A stretch of 64,000 bases of DNA, taken from positions 3,348,001-3,412,000 of the forward strand of contig NW_027141112.1 in NCBI RefSeq assembly GCF_036365525.1, written 5' to 3'. This DNA comes from Heterodontus francisci (Eukaryota). This document shows positions 37,353 to 50,900 of the stretch, piece after piece; the first letter of the stretch is position 1, and every line of letters begins with the position of its first letter. The notes beneath the pieces were generated by a model. That model was not told where the DNA came from. It did not search any database and saw only the letters and a list, made by a program, of their open reading frames with translations. The position numbers were made by a program, and so were the translations under genes.

Positions 37353-37899
37353 TGCCAGTGAGCTGCTACTACCCCATCTTCAGGAGTGGTGGTTGGGGAT
37401 CACCCCAATCCCGTCGGCCTGCAGGAAAGCAGTCTCAAATATGTCTATTCCTTCCGCCGACCTCTATTTGTACAGCTGGCATAGGAGGAGGTCAAAATGG
37501 GCGACAGTAATATCGCGTTCTGGGGACCACAATTTAAATCTTCTGGAGCTTGGATTGGGCATCGTGTGATTTAAGGGGTTTGGGCAGGTTCGTAAGAACT
37601 GCACCAACCATTGAGCTGCCTATCCTCCTCCTCAGCCTAGGGTGCTGTCATTTCACATCTCCCTCCTCTCCCGACACCAAGAGCAGACAGCACTCAGGCT
37701 TAGCCAGAGGGCCTTGGTTTCATGCCCTCTGGTGGAGAGAGGAAGACCCGTCCGGGTGGAAGGGAAGTGCAGCTCAGAACAAAGTACCCAAAGGCGCGTC
37801 CTTGTTTGTGGGAAAACACCTTGAGCCTGAGCTTAGACCTAGACGTAATGTGGAGAGCCCACATGCCACGCGGCTGAGCTCAAGCCCAAGGAATTTGGG

Positions 37900-40800
37900 C
37901 AGGAGGATGCAGAAGTAGAATCAGAGACCTCTAGTTAGATTAAGGTCCTTGAAAATCCGTGTCGATCCCAGCATAAAAGGAGGAAGTCCCTCTCTTCTGT
38001 AAAGGCCATGAGGAACATGGTCTCTCGCATGGCGTGGGTCCTCTGGCTCCCCCTACTGCCTGCACAATCATGGCCTTAAACTCCAGTGGCTGCACCCTAT
38101 CCCTTGTAGCACAGAGGAGAGAAACCCCTGTAAATTTGGTAGCTCCCGAGGGGCAGGAGGGGGCCCGTATGTGGTGTCGGGTGTGCATACGGGGCGGGAG
38201 GTGCGCGGGACCTGGGAGGGTCAACTACACCCCGTTGCCCAACAGCTTGTTTAAGCTGCTTCTGCATCGGTTGCCAATGGTGGGGCAGGCGGGGTGGCAA
38301 GACCTGTTCGGGTCCGCACCACCCTGTTCCCGCAGCCTGTTTCAGTTTCCCAGGATCCACCTGATCCAGGGTGCATAGTGTCCCGTCTGTTTGGCTTGTA
38401 GGAAATGCGGGCGAGGAGATGGTCTCTGGCTGGATTTCCATGAGTCGGGAGTAAACATGTCCCGAGCCTCGGGATGGAGGTAGATGGTGGTCTGGAACAT
38501 CTTTCTCCCAAAGGCCCCGTTTCCTTGGAAGAACCCAAAGAATGCGCTTTTTCCATTTCTCCTGATGGTGAGATAGCTTGAGGTGGGACTAGCTGGCGTA
38601 GCCTGGACATCTGCTTTATAGTGTGTAATGGGTGTGTCAACCGCTGGCTGTAGCTACCAAGAGGAAAATGGGGACTCACTGATGACTCGAAGGACAATAT
38701 TGAATCCATCACTTGTGAGAAAGGGCCTCCCTTGTGTCTCCTACTGTGTCTCCTCTCATATCCATTGTGGAACTCGGGCCTTCCTTGCACTTGATGCCGT
38801 AATAAAGCTTAGCTGGCCCTCGACCAGTGGTCAGATTCGGCAGTGATCATCAAGCCCACTTCTGCCGCTTCCAAGAATGGGGTCAAAGACGTGGACATGA
38901 GAATGATCATGCAGTGCCAGTTCAATGTGTCGCTCTCTATGTTTGTTGGGGAGTGGAAGGTGATGATCATTTCCAGTCCCTTCAATGGTGGCAGTGGGCC
39001 TCTCTACATATTTTACAATATCTCGGTCCCGCAGGAAATCCATACCATTTTGGGAGATGAAGCCACCTAGCTCCCGGAGTAGTAGGGTCCGATCTATATG
39101 AATCACCTCATCCCTACTTCTAATGGGATGGCTACATTGTAGGCCATCGCTTTCCATCCAGAGATCTTGGGACTCAAGCAGCTTGAGCGAGGCCATTTGC
39201 CTCACTGCGCCGTGGCCTGGGTGGTGTGCCGCTCCACTTGTGAATGTGTACGTGCCTGCGCCAAGCGCATTGAAAGCATACTTCTTTAAAGAACTGTCCA
39301 CTCTCTTGAGCTCTATCGATAGCAGAGAATGCATCATTTATGGGGGTGGGGGGATTTCAATTATACCCTTTTGTTCAGGTATCGCTCTGCTCCCCTGTGC
39401 CACTAAGTGTCTGTGGAGATGTTGAGGGAACTGACCAGCTCCGTCAGCTTGGTTGGCGTTTGACATAAACTCCATCCTGTAGCGGGCACAGTCACCTGGA
39501 GACATGTAGGAGATGTGACCCCAATCGCCCGTCTCGACATTTCGCAGGCTGTATCTCGACAGTCGCCATGTGGCTAGTGCTCTGCTCGGACCACCACCGT
39601 TCTGTACATAGATGGGGGCCACATCAAGGCACTTTCACAAACGGCTGCTGGAGGACGAGTGATCCTAGGACTCGTTCCGTTGACTGTGTCCCGACTGGAG
39701 AAGGAGGCAGTGGGTCCATTCCTTGAGCTTATGGTGGGATAAGGGCAAGATTCAAAGCCGTGTCTTCTGTGTAGAGTACGTGAAGGGATCGCTCAAGAAG
39801 TGGGAGGCCGTGCTTGTACACCTGCAGAGGGAGGTTCTCGACTTTTGGTCCCAGCTTGGTGATGCTATCGTGGACGCAGCCCTGTGGCAGGTGTACAAGG
39901 AGAAGAACGGGGTATTGAGGGACCTGCAGCGTGCAGATTCCCGACAAGCATACATGAGGTCGCATTACCACCCCTGGATCGTGTTTCACCCTCCTTCTCC
40001 TTGCTAGATAAATAGCGGCGGGTCCATAAGCAGCTGGTTGAGCTGTTGTCCGATGCCAGATTATTCATCACAGATCCAAAAGGATTTTGAGTCTTGATTG
40101 GGATTCTTGGTCAATACCTACTGTGACACGTTGTGCTCTCTGGATCTCTCCACTAAGGATGCAGGTAGATGTTTGTGGGAAGTCTTGCCGAACCTCGGCC
40201 TTGAGTACGCCGAAAGACAGCAGACTCCATTCACGGTAGCCGAGTTGATCTGTGCACTTCACTGGCTCTCAATGGTTAAATATCCAGGGCTGGGCAGGCT
40301 GACTCTGGAGTTCGTCAGGGCGTTCTGGGACATCCTTTGGGGCGATTATGCGTGGATCCTGGGGAATGGTCTGGCGACCGTTTCAGTGGAGCACCGTTCA
40401 CCTCCTCTATCTGGGAGTCCACCTGGACCCCGCTGAGGAAGCCTGCCTGGCAGGATTTGGAGGTAAAAGTCAACACACGGCACGGGCACTGGACGTGACT
40501 TATCCGAGTTCTTGTCTACAGAGGCTCCCGGTTATAAACAAAAAAAAACAGGCAGCCTCTATGGTGTGGTGCGATTTGGTCACTTTGATTCCGCCATTGC
40601 ATTTGTCACCCCAATGCAGAAAAAGACTCGTTCAATCTATCTAAGCAAGAGGAAACACTGGGTCTCTGCTGCAGGCCTGAGTCTACCAATTGAGATGGGC
40701 GGTCCGTCATTGAAATGCAGTGCTACCCAGGCTCTGAATAACCACTTTCAGACCCAGCAGAGTGTCTTATTCCGCGAGAGTCCTCCAAGATTATGTGCGC

Positions 40801-42715
40801 TGGCTCCTTATTGTATCTACTGGTGTATTGCTTTCAAGACGACACGCAGCAGCCAGCTCCAACCATCAGATGCGCCTCTCCGAGGGAGTTTGTCTGTCCT
40901 TTACCAGGAACTACTGAGAGTCTGGAACATGGTTGCCTCCAGTCAGGGTGCTCTACCGCCGGCGGACAAGAGGCTTCTATCTGTCTGGGCGGCTGGCTCT
41001 GGAGCCAAAGCACGAGGTGCTGGAGTAGCTTAAGCCTCTGAGATGTCCCTCAATGCAGGTATGTGGAAGACCGGGAGCGCGGTGTGCTCCCGGCCGAGCT
41101 GATCCTTGCTCAGCCGCAACTGTTCCTCTGTGCAAGGCCCCGAAACCTCCTTGGGCGCCTGTCACACACAACCTGCGCCACTTCTCAGAAATGCCCTCCA
41201 TGCAACTCCACACGACTTTTGCAGATCAGTAAAACAGGGATGTCACATGTGCAGCCAATTATATACCATCTCTGTTGAACCATTCCTGTGCCTGCTTTCC
41301 AAGACGTTGGCGGAATTACTTCTGCTTGGGCTACTCATGCTGGTCGTCATCTCAGCTTATGCTAATGAGATGCTCCTCACGGGCACAGATTCTGTTCACT
41401 TGCAGAGGATGCATGACTGGAAGCATATCTTCTCGCCCTCATCCTCCATGAGGATCAATGGGGTGAAATGTTCCATATTTCTGGTAGGTCAGTGGCGGAT
41501 GGACTCCCTTCTGAAGGAGTTAACGTCTTTTGCGATGGAGCACCACGCACCTCCTCTATCTGGGTATCCACCGGAGCCCTGCTGAGGAAGCCTGGCCGAC
41601 AAATTGACAGGAGGGGAGGTGGAAGTCACCACTGGGCAGAATGTGCTGGGCAGAACTGTTCCACATGATTTTCTACAAGGGTCAAGTGCTGGTCTAAACC
41701 ATCTGGTGGACCCGTTGATGTGGTAATGGTTGGTCACTTTGGTCCTGCCTTCTGCATTTGTCACCAAAATTCAGAAGAAGGTCGTCGATATCTTCTGCAT
41801 CTGTGCCATGGTCCTGAGTCTCCCGATAGAGGAGGGTGACAGTAGCTGGTGGGTACCTGCACTCTCCACATTTGGACCGTGCAGCAATATCTTGACATAG
41901 AACATCCTCTGAGGTGCTGTACATGGGGGACGTACATTGTTTTCTACCAGCACACTGCCTTTACGACAACAATCAGCTTCTGGTGGCAACTGTTAGCTAC
42001 TTCTCTCTGAGGGATATGCCTCTCTTTTAACGGGATCTCTTCATTGTCTGGAACATGGTTGCCTCCGAAAGGGCACTGCCGTCCAGGTGGCTGGCTCCTG
42101 GGGTGGACCAACAGATGGACGTAGAGCCAAAGCCTCTGCGACATCTCTCACAGTGGGGATCGACGGGTCTTGGGTGTGGCGTGCTGCTGGTAGAGCTTAC
42201 CCACGTTAATGCAGAATTGTTCATCAGACCCAGGCCCAGCAAATGTCCTCAGGAGCTGATCCCACAAAGCCTGAGCTGACTCTCTGAAATGGCCTCCGCA
42301 CAGTGCAAAGAGGTTTCCTGTGTGAGATGGGGTCCGTGTTGCTATCTGCCAGTGAAGGGAATCCCCACTGGAAGTCTCGCAACATGGCAGTCCTTTCCTT
42401 TTACATCGTAGACGTGGGCTGGTGAGGACTGGACGTGCAATGGACGTTTAGTTAGCTTCATTTACTCCCAAGCTCCCTGTCAGTTCTGCAGCTTGGAAGA
42501 GCCCCTGTTCCATGTGTATCTGGAGCGTGCGAGGCTGCACCCCTCTTTGATTATTGAAGGGACCGCACCTCAGCTGTTGGCTGTTTTTCACCACGCACTC
42601 CACTACTGATCTTTGGGGAACTGGTCTGTGTAAATATATATATATATATAGGACACACCCCACCACAATTATATAAGGGTTCTTGGTGTATAAAAGCCAA
42701 TTCATAAAGCAAAAA
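37900..42715 (+). mobile_element. Tx1/L1-clade retrotransposon relic A (rearranged)
   Basis: Gag-like CxxC at about 38175; APE LVNVYVP..IIYGG (39123-39425); LWWDKGK (39723); KYPGLGRLTLEF (40098); VKQGC..LY.ISVEPF..SAYANE (41106). The post-RT segment occurs twice. Confidence 0.8.
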
Positions 42716-42734
42716 TAACGTTTTATGCACAGAT

Positions 42735-42945
42735 TTGAACTCCCTCTACATTACCCCATCAAAGAAAAGTTGAGGCTGTTACAGCGCGGGATTAGAAACA
42801 GAGTAAACACCCTCTACGCTGCACCATTAAATACTCCCAGGGAACATACAGCACGGGTTTGATACAGAGTAAAACCCTTTCTACACTTTCCCATCAAAAA
42901 AGCGTAATACAACTGTCCCCGTCAAGGACTCCCAGTGCAGATCCT
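42735..42945. repeat. About three degenerate units of a ~67-bp satellite
   Basis: CCCTCTACA..CCCCATCAAA..CTCCCAG..TACAGCACGGG.TTAGATACAGAGTAAA motifs recur at about 42741, 42810 and 42877. Confidence 0.75.
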
Positions 42946-42949
42946 GCAC

Positions 42950-45900
42950 TGTCTTTGTTGTTGCCTAATTGGGACTGCTGAGTGCATCAAGGAGTAACAG
43001 CTGACTGTGCTGCAGTTAGTTGGAAGCGGTTCACCCGAGCAGATAGAGATGAGGAGCGTGCTATGAATTTTTACAACAGCAGTTGCTGAAATGAAGAGGT
43101 GTTATAAACCCAAGGCTGTGTTTTGAGTTTGGTGGTATAGCTCAGGACATTGCGTTGATTTGGACTGTTGTGAGAGGTGGAAGAGGTAGCAAGTACAAGA
43201 GGTAGGGCTACAGGCAGCTGTGCAGTTTCATTAAGCACACAGGGAAACTCCATCCCCACCCCATATGGCGAGCAAGGGTCAGCTGGAGCTGCTTGCCTCA
43301 GGAGGCAGAAGGAGATGGATAATGCTTGGGCAGCTGCAGCTAACCTCGGTGAAGACGTCTGCCCCAAGCAACAGGGTTGGGAAATATAGTTTTAAAGTAT
43401 TCTGTGCGTACCTTCACATTGCAGCAAAATCACCTCTCTGGTTATTGTTTTGGTGGCTATTTATTTATTTATCTAATTATTTATTTATTTCCATTGCAAA
43501 CTTTCTGTTGAAGTTTTCAGGGATCTAATTGAGGTGGCGTTTAGCTATTGGACCCACGGCCGGCCCACCTGCACCATTGGCGTTGCCCGCTCACACCCAT
43601 TGATTTGCAGCTTCTGTGGTCGCCTATGTGGCCTGTGGACTCTTGAGATTAATCACTAGTAGCCATAATTTGTACGGCCATGCCCACCCGAGTATGTATT
43701 TAAGGCTTTGATGGTGGTTGTCCGTCCTTCGGCCATCATTGCATGCCTCGGAAATGTATGGGAAGGCTTTCGCTCTCAGCAAGGCAGAATGCTCAGTAGT
43801 TCTGGCCCGAAGGAAGGGGCTGACCGTGGAGAGGACTTTCCTGCCTGATGACACCCTGGGGGCTACTGCGCAGTGTATTCGAACATCGAACGACAAGCCA
43901 TCGTTTCCCAATGAGCTCCACCACCCTTACCTGCAGATCTGGGGGCCTCGAGGCCGTGGATTGTAGTATTCTCTCTCAATCTTCAGACAGCATTATCTGA
44001 CATGTCTACTCCAACTTCCATGAGCTCTATATGCACCTGGCGCGGGATCAGGTTACAGTTGACCAATTTTTTGTTCGGTTCCAGAGTACAGTCTAGCGTG
44101 TCTTCTGAATCCCAGACGGAAACGGTGCCATCCCTGCACCGGGGCGGGGGTAGCGTGGGGGATGAAGAATGTTTGTAAGCGCTGTCACAACCTCCGGGCC
44201 GTCAAATCCACGTCAGCGACCGAAGATGGCTGTGTCATCCCTCCCCTTCTTCCGCCTACAGCTACAGCAATGGCTCTGGAGGTCGTAGTTTCCAAGGGGT
44301 TGGAAGGTGCGGCATCGAATAAAACATCTAAATACGTGTCCCCTGGACACTAAGGAGCAAAATGAGCCTGAGCAAAAATTACCTCTGAATCTGATCCCAG
44401 GGAGCTCATCTGCCCCCTTGTTTAGCTCAGGCCCAGGAGATCTGGGCTGAAGGAGGGTGAGGAGGTTGGGTCATTGACAGCTTAGGTAATGGAGGTCTGT
44501 GAACCTCTGCCAGTCTCCTGGAATATGAGGAAAAAGAGCCCCTCCTCTGAAGGGCACCCTAAGATGCAGAGTCTATCTCCTGGAGCGGGTCTTCGGGCTG
44601 CTCGCACAACCAAAAGCATTAGGACCTCAACACTTGGGCGGAAACCTTTTATCTCTCAAGACGGAGGGGAGGGCAGAGCCGCTGTATATCTGATAAATCC
44701 CAGTGTGGGGGGAATGGCCCCGCCTGTGGCAGGGGATTCGGTGGACCCCCAGGAGACATCATTGCATTTGCAACCGGGTGAGATCTCCTGTGCGGGATTC
44801 AGGGCAGGATTGAGAGTGGAAACCTCTTAGCTGCCAGCTGCTGCCAGCCGGGACGTGCCCGATCCAGATGGCCATTTGAACATTGTAAGTAGTGTCACGT
44901 CTGCTGAGCCTTGGGCACTTGTGGGTAGCAGGACTCCTCCACCATCTATCGTGGGGCGAAAATCTGTCAGAGCTGGCACAGCCGAGACATCTGCCTCACA
45001 GTGCGTGTGATGGGAGGGGGGCGGGGTGGGGGTTGGTGACGGTAAGAGGAAGAGGGCATGCCAGCCGCTAGCAATAACTACCCAGTGGAGGAATGGATTC
45101 TGATATGGAGTCCAACACCAGTGAGACAGGAGACACGCTCGTGCCTCCAGTATGTCTCCGACCATCCCTATTGTGAAACGCCTGGATTTCCTTGCTGCTT
45201 GCAGGAGTAGCCAAAATAAAGTTCAGCAGGGCCTCGAACGACGGTCGCATCTGTCTCTCTTCATCGGTCCATCTGTGCCGTCCTCAAAAAAGATGGTGAA
45301 GGGTGCAGACATGAAAACATTCGTGCAGCCCTGGTACAAGGTGTTCGTCACTGGTCTGCTGAGGGAGTGGTCACTGACTAGCACCTCTGCTCCCTACTCT
45401 ATTTGAGGTATTTTGCTGAGGCGATTGAAATACTTTTGATATGAAGATATCCACAGCCAGCATCAACATCACCGGCAGCAGGGGGAGACTTTGCAGATTT
45501 CCCAATCTCTCACTCCTGAAGGAAGGGCGATATGCACAGTGTCATAGAGTCATTTGCAGCACAGAAGGAGGCTATTCGGCCAATAGAGTCCATGGCCGTG
45601 CTCCACGGAGCTATTCAGTCAGTCTCACTCCCTGGCTTGATTGGCATAGCCCTGCAAACGTATTTCTCTCAGATGACTATCAAACTTCCTGTCAAATTCC
45701 TTCCTCATTTCTGCTTCCACCAGCCTTGTGGGAAGCGAGTTTCAGAGAACTGCCACAAGTGAGCTTTCTGCAGGAAACCATCACCGTTGCAAGACACGAA
45801 GTGGAGTGGCAGGATGGAGTCCACATGTGACACCTCACCGCTTATTCTAGTGGGTGGCAATCTTCTTGGGCCAGAATTTTCACCAAAGATCGTGGGGATC

Positions 45901-47965
45901 AAGGAGCTTCTGTCAGGCCATTTGTTCGACTTCGTCCTTCTCTTATGTGACATGCCACACCATATTATGAAAGCGTACACACCCACGTCCAGCTTGTTGC
46001 AAGCGTCCTTTGTTGAAGATGAGTCCACAGTCTTCAGCCCTGTCAGTAGTGGTGGGTGTATCAAACACCCCGAGGGTGGGGGGTGGGGCGGGCGAGGGTT
46101 TCAACTGAAACCTCGAGATGAGATATCGCTCAGCTGCACACCGTTAAGGATTGTTTGAAAAGTTGTGGGAAATTATCATTTCCTCAGCTTGTTGGACGTC
46201 TGGAGGGATGTACATCCCGAATCCAGCGCCTTCATCTGAAGGTATGGAGCAGGAGCCACACACATTGATCCGGTCCCTGCATTGCGGCGGTCTCCATACG
46301 GCTGGTGATGTGATCTGATCTCCACGCGGTGTGAGTGCATCTCACTTCATTATGCTCACAGGCAGTGTCTGATTACTGGAAATTTACCAACTGGCTGCTG
46401 GAGGAAGAGATATTAGAGGACTAGTTCAGGTAATGCTGGACCAACTGGAGCTACTTTCGAGTATGATGTGTCGTGGGCAAGAATAATAGCCACGTCTTCT
46501 GTCAGGATTATGAGAATGGGTCGACCAAGAGGCAGGGGTCCTAGATCGGGTATCTGGAGAGGTCGCTCCTCGACTTGGAGTCCCATCTCCGCCAAGGCGT
46601 TATCGACCAGGCAGGCATTCAAAGAGTCGAAGTTTGCGCTGAGGGATCTGGAGCTTCTGAGGTCCCAGGACACCTATGTAACATCATGGAACAAGATTCT
46701 GGAGGATTTGGTTGGCATCTCACCACTAGCAGCTCTTTAAACTGTTGGCCAACAACATCACAGGTTCTCCATCACAGTTCCAGAAAGATTGGGTCGTTTC
46801 GTCTCTCCAGATTGTTTCAGTGAGGATGTGCGCAGAGTTTTGTGGGAGAGCCTTCCAAAGGTCAGTCCTGAGGGCTCCAAATGACTGGAGGCTTTGCTAT
46901 ATTTGTCAATCTGATTCCAGTCTCGATGGTCCAATCGACGTGGCTGGACGGGCTGTGCATGAAGATCCTCAAGGCATTCAAGACATGATGGGGGTGATTG
47001 CACGTGGATCCGAGGGGAAAGCGAAGAGTTAGGTGCCCCTCTCATGGCACAGGTTGGTCATTGACCTGCTGCCAAAGAAGGACGAACTCTGCCTAAAATC
47101 TTGCATCCAGTCCATCCCCCCTCAGCATGGATTATAATATCTTTGTTGGGAGAATGTTTACCTGCTTGTATTCCATGCTGGCCCACATGATTCATGCCAA
47201 CTAGTCCTATGCACTCATGGCCAGTCCATCACGGAAAGCACCAACTTGGTTCTGGACCTGATCCATCTTTTTCAGATGACTCATCTGTCAGTTACCTTTC
47301 TCTCCCTCAATCAGCAGAATGTGTTTGGTAGGGCAAATCACAAATACCTTTACAGAATACTGCGGATGTTCGGACTTGAGCCTCATTTCGTGGCCTGTGT
47401 CTGACTTTTGTAAACCGTTGCAGAATGCCCAGTTAAAGTTAACTGGTCCTTGACAGCACGGCTTTGTTTTGGGGGAAGGGTACTTCAGAGATGCCCAATA
47501 TCTAGGCAATTGTGCACCATCTGCGTGGAGTCATTCCTGTGCAAACTTCACAGGAGACTCGTGGGTTTGGCACTGTTGGTGCCGGGCATGCAGGTCATAA
47601 TCTCGGTTTACGCCATTGTCATGCTCCTCACCGTCACTGATGACTTGCAGAGGGTGTGCGAGTGCCAGCAGGTTCCTTCTGCTGAATCCTGTGTGAGGAA
47701 CAAGTTGCAGGAATATTCCAGATTCCTGATGGGTCAATGGTGGGTGGACCCCATGCAGAGGATTGTTGCGTGAAGGACGGCGCACCTTCTCTGTCTGGGA
47801 CTCTACCTGAGCCCTGCTGAGGATATTTGGTCCATACAATTGCAGGGGTTGAAGATTAAAATTCAGCTGTCGGCTAGGGCTATGGACAAGGCTGCTCTGT
47901 GTACTTTTCTGCAGGGGCCTCGATACTGTGGCATTGGTTGGCCACTTCCGTCCAATGATCATAAC
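42950..47965 (+). mobile_element. Tx1/L1-clade retrotransposon relic B
   Basis: 5' UTR; ORF1 (RKGLTVERTFLP.., knuckle-like CHPC at about 44127); ORF2 start MKISTASINITGSR..FLQET (45441); RT remnants LLPKKDEL, QGC-like block, ICVESFL and ISVYAIV (47450). Confidence 0.8.
45540..45757 (-). mobile_element. CR1 3' fragment inserted in Tx1 ORF2
   Basis: TCATAGAGTCATTTGCAGCACAGAAGGAGGCTATTCGGCC. It splits EGRYA from VSFLQET. Confidence 0.75.
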
Positions 47966-47984
47966 CAATCTGTTTTAGCAAAGT

Positions 47985-49428
47985 GACAACACTGACATCT
48001 ATCTAATAATGTGGATAATCGCCCAGGTGTGTCCTGTCCACAAAAAAGGGTAAATCCAATCTGGCCAATGACTGCCCCAACAGCCTACTGTCGATTATCA
48101 GCAAATAAATGGAAGGTGGCATTGGTAGCACTACCAAGTGCCACATAAACAATATCCTGCCCATCGATGCTCATCCTCTGTTACTCCAGGGACATTCTTC
48201 TCCTGCTCTTGGCCCAAACATTGGTAAAAAGAATGGAACTCCAGAGGAAACATGACAGTGATTGTCCTGGATATTTTGAAATCATTTAACGGCGTGTGGC
48301 AACAAGAGCCCGATCAAAACTGGAGCCAGTGGTGAAGTGAGGGAACTCTTCAGTAGTTGGAGCATTGGTAGCGCAGAAGAAGATTGTTCTCATTGTTGGA
48401 CGTCAATTATCTCAATCCCAGGATAATACTTCAGGAGTTCCTAATGATCGGATCCTTGTCACAACCATGTTCAGCTGCTGCATCAATGTCATACCCTCCA
48501 TTATAAGGTTAGAAGTGGGAATGTTCACTGATGATTATGTGATATTGATTGCCATTTTATAATTCCTCAGTTACTGAAGCAGTCTGTGTCAATATGCAAC
48601 AAAACCTGGACCATTTTCAAGCTTTGCTTGGTTATTGGCAAGTAACATTTGCACCAAACAAGTGCTAGGCAACGGCAACTCCTATAAGAGAGCCTGTACC
48701 CATCTCTCCCTGACGTTCAACACCATTTCCATCGTTGCCTCCTCCACTTTCAGCATTCCTAGGCTTGCCATTGACCAGAAATTGAACTGGAACCAGCCAC
48801 ATTAATAATGTAACCACAAGTGCAGGTCAAAGGCAGGCAGTTCTGCGGTGAGTAACCAAACTGCAAGCTTCCCAAAGCCTTTTCACCATCCACAATACAC
48901 AGGTCGGGAGAGCGATGGAATATTTTGCACTTATCTGGATGCGTGGAGCTTCAATAGCACTCAGGAAACACAACACCAATCAGGACAAAGCCTCCCAGTT
49001 GATCGGCAGCTGATCCACAACCATAAACATTCACTCCCACCACCACCAATGCTCAGTGACAGTACCGTGCACAATATACAAGATGCACTGCAGCAACTCA
49101 CCACACCTCCTTCAACAGAAGCTTCGAAACCTGTGACCTCTTCCAACTAGAGGGGCAAGGGAAGCAGACAAGTGGCAACACCAACATCTGCAAGTTCACC
49201 TCCAAACCACACATCATGACTTGGACATATGTCATTATTTCTTCACTGTCATTTGGTCAACATCTTGGAGCTCCCTTCCGAACAGCACTGTGCGTGTACC
49301 TGTACCAGATGACTGCAACAGTTCAAGAATGCAGCACACCACCACCTTCTCACGATGAATTAGTGATGGACAACACATGTTGGTCTTGGCAGCGATGTCC
49401 ACAATCCATGAAACGAATAGATAAATGA
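47985..49428 (+). mobile_element. CR1-clade LINE (second family), decayed RT to 3' end
   Basis: SGVPNDRILVTTMFSCCIN..GMFTDD; colinear with 32910-33898. Confidence 0.85.
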
Positions 49429-49549
49429 AAGTTACTGTTAATTGTTAGTTTGGGTCAGATAAGAAATATGCTGAGATATGAAGTTAGATAATGCCTCAAT
49501 TCAATACAACGAATACACGAGCTAATAAAATGTGCTGCTTGTTAAATTA

Positions 49550-49835
49550 GAGATCTGGTGATGTACTTCGGCAGAAGGGACAGTGAGAGGCAAATTGAAT
49601 TAATGGCACTCTGCTAAAGAGTATGCAGGAACTCAGGGACTCCAGGAGTGCATATGCATGAATATTTGAAGGTGGCAGTATACATGGAGAGAGTGGTTCG
49701 AAAAGCATGTGAAATATATGGTTTTAAAACTAGAGACATAGAATGCAACAGCAGAGAATTTATGCAGAACCTTTATAAAGCTCTAGTTCGGCATCAACTC
49801 GGTTATTGTTTCCACTTCTCGACTTCACACCTGAT
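49550..49835 (+). mobile_element. CR1 ORF2 fragment
   Basis: ORF 49648 contains LYKALVRHQLGYCFHF. Confidence 0.75.
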
Positions 49836-49849
49836 CTCAGTGTCCTTCA

Positions 49850-50566
49850 GAGGATACAGCGCCTCTCACTATTTAAAATATCCACTGACTTTCTGTTGTC
49901 TTTTCTCCCAAAGTTGATCACTTCACACTTATTGACATGATGTTCCATCAGCCATGTTTTTGCCCATTCACATAGCCTGTACAAATCCCCTTCAGGTGTC
50001 CTCGTATGCTACTCACGACTTACTTTCTCACCTGGTTTTGTGTCATAATGAAAGTTAAAAATATTGCATGAGGTCCCCACATCCAAATCAGTTATGTCGA
50101 TCGAAAACAGATGTGGCCCAAGCACTGATCCTTGCAGTACCCCACTAGTAATAAACAGCCATCCTGAGAATGGCCCGTTTATTCCTACTCTCTGTTTTCT
50201 ATCGTTGATCCAATTCTCTGTCCATATCAATATATTATCCCCCCCACCCTCAACCCCAGCGTGGTCTAATTTCCTTTACTAACCTCCTGCATAGGACCTT
50301 ATAAAAAGCCTTCAGAAATTCCAAAAGCACTGTCTCCACTGGTTTGCATTTATCTGTATTGCAAGTGATACGTTCGAAGACCTCCAATAGTTTTGTAAGA
50401 CATGATTTCCTTTCATAAATCCATGTTGGCTCTGCCCAATCATATCATTATATTTCAAATGTCCAGTTATTACGTCCATTAATAATATTCTAACATTTTC
50501 CCTACTACTGACGTCAAACTAACAGGTCTGCAGTTCTCCATTTTCTCTCTCGCTCCCTTCCTAAAT
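49850..50566 (-). mobile_element. CR1 RT fragment
   Basis: ORF 50009-50230 contains RKQRVGING..SGVLQGSVLGPHLF. Confidence 0.85.
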
Positions 50567-50900
50567 ATCTCTTAAATTCTTTGCATGTGGCTGACTTAAA
50601 TTGTCCACAATGCATATCACTAAAAATGTCAGCAACATATAACTCTTAAAATGTCCGCCACATGTATCTCTTAAAATTGCTCCCTTGTATTTACATTAAA
50701 GTGCCTACTAGGCATATCCATTAATTTTACAGTAAACAGATCGCTTAAAATGTGTACGCACATACTTCTCAAAATAACTGCCATACATATCCTTTACAAT
50801 GTCTACCCATTCCGCCTGAAAATGTCTGCTATGAATAATTCTTAAAAGAACGCCATTCACAACCCTGACAATATTTCATCATGTGGCCCCTAACATTGCA
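50566..50900. repeat. Degenerate ~29-bp tandem repeat
   Basis: Recurring CATATATCTCTTAAAATGTC-like units. Confidence 0.65.
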
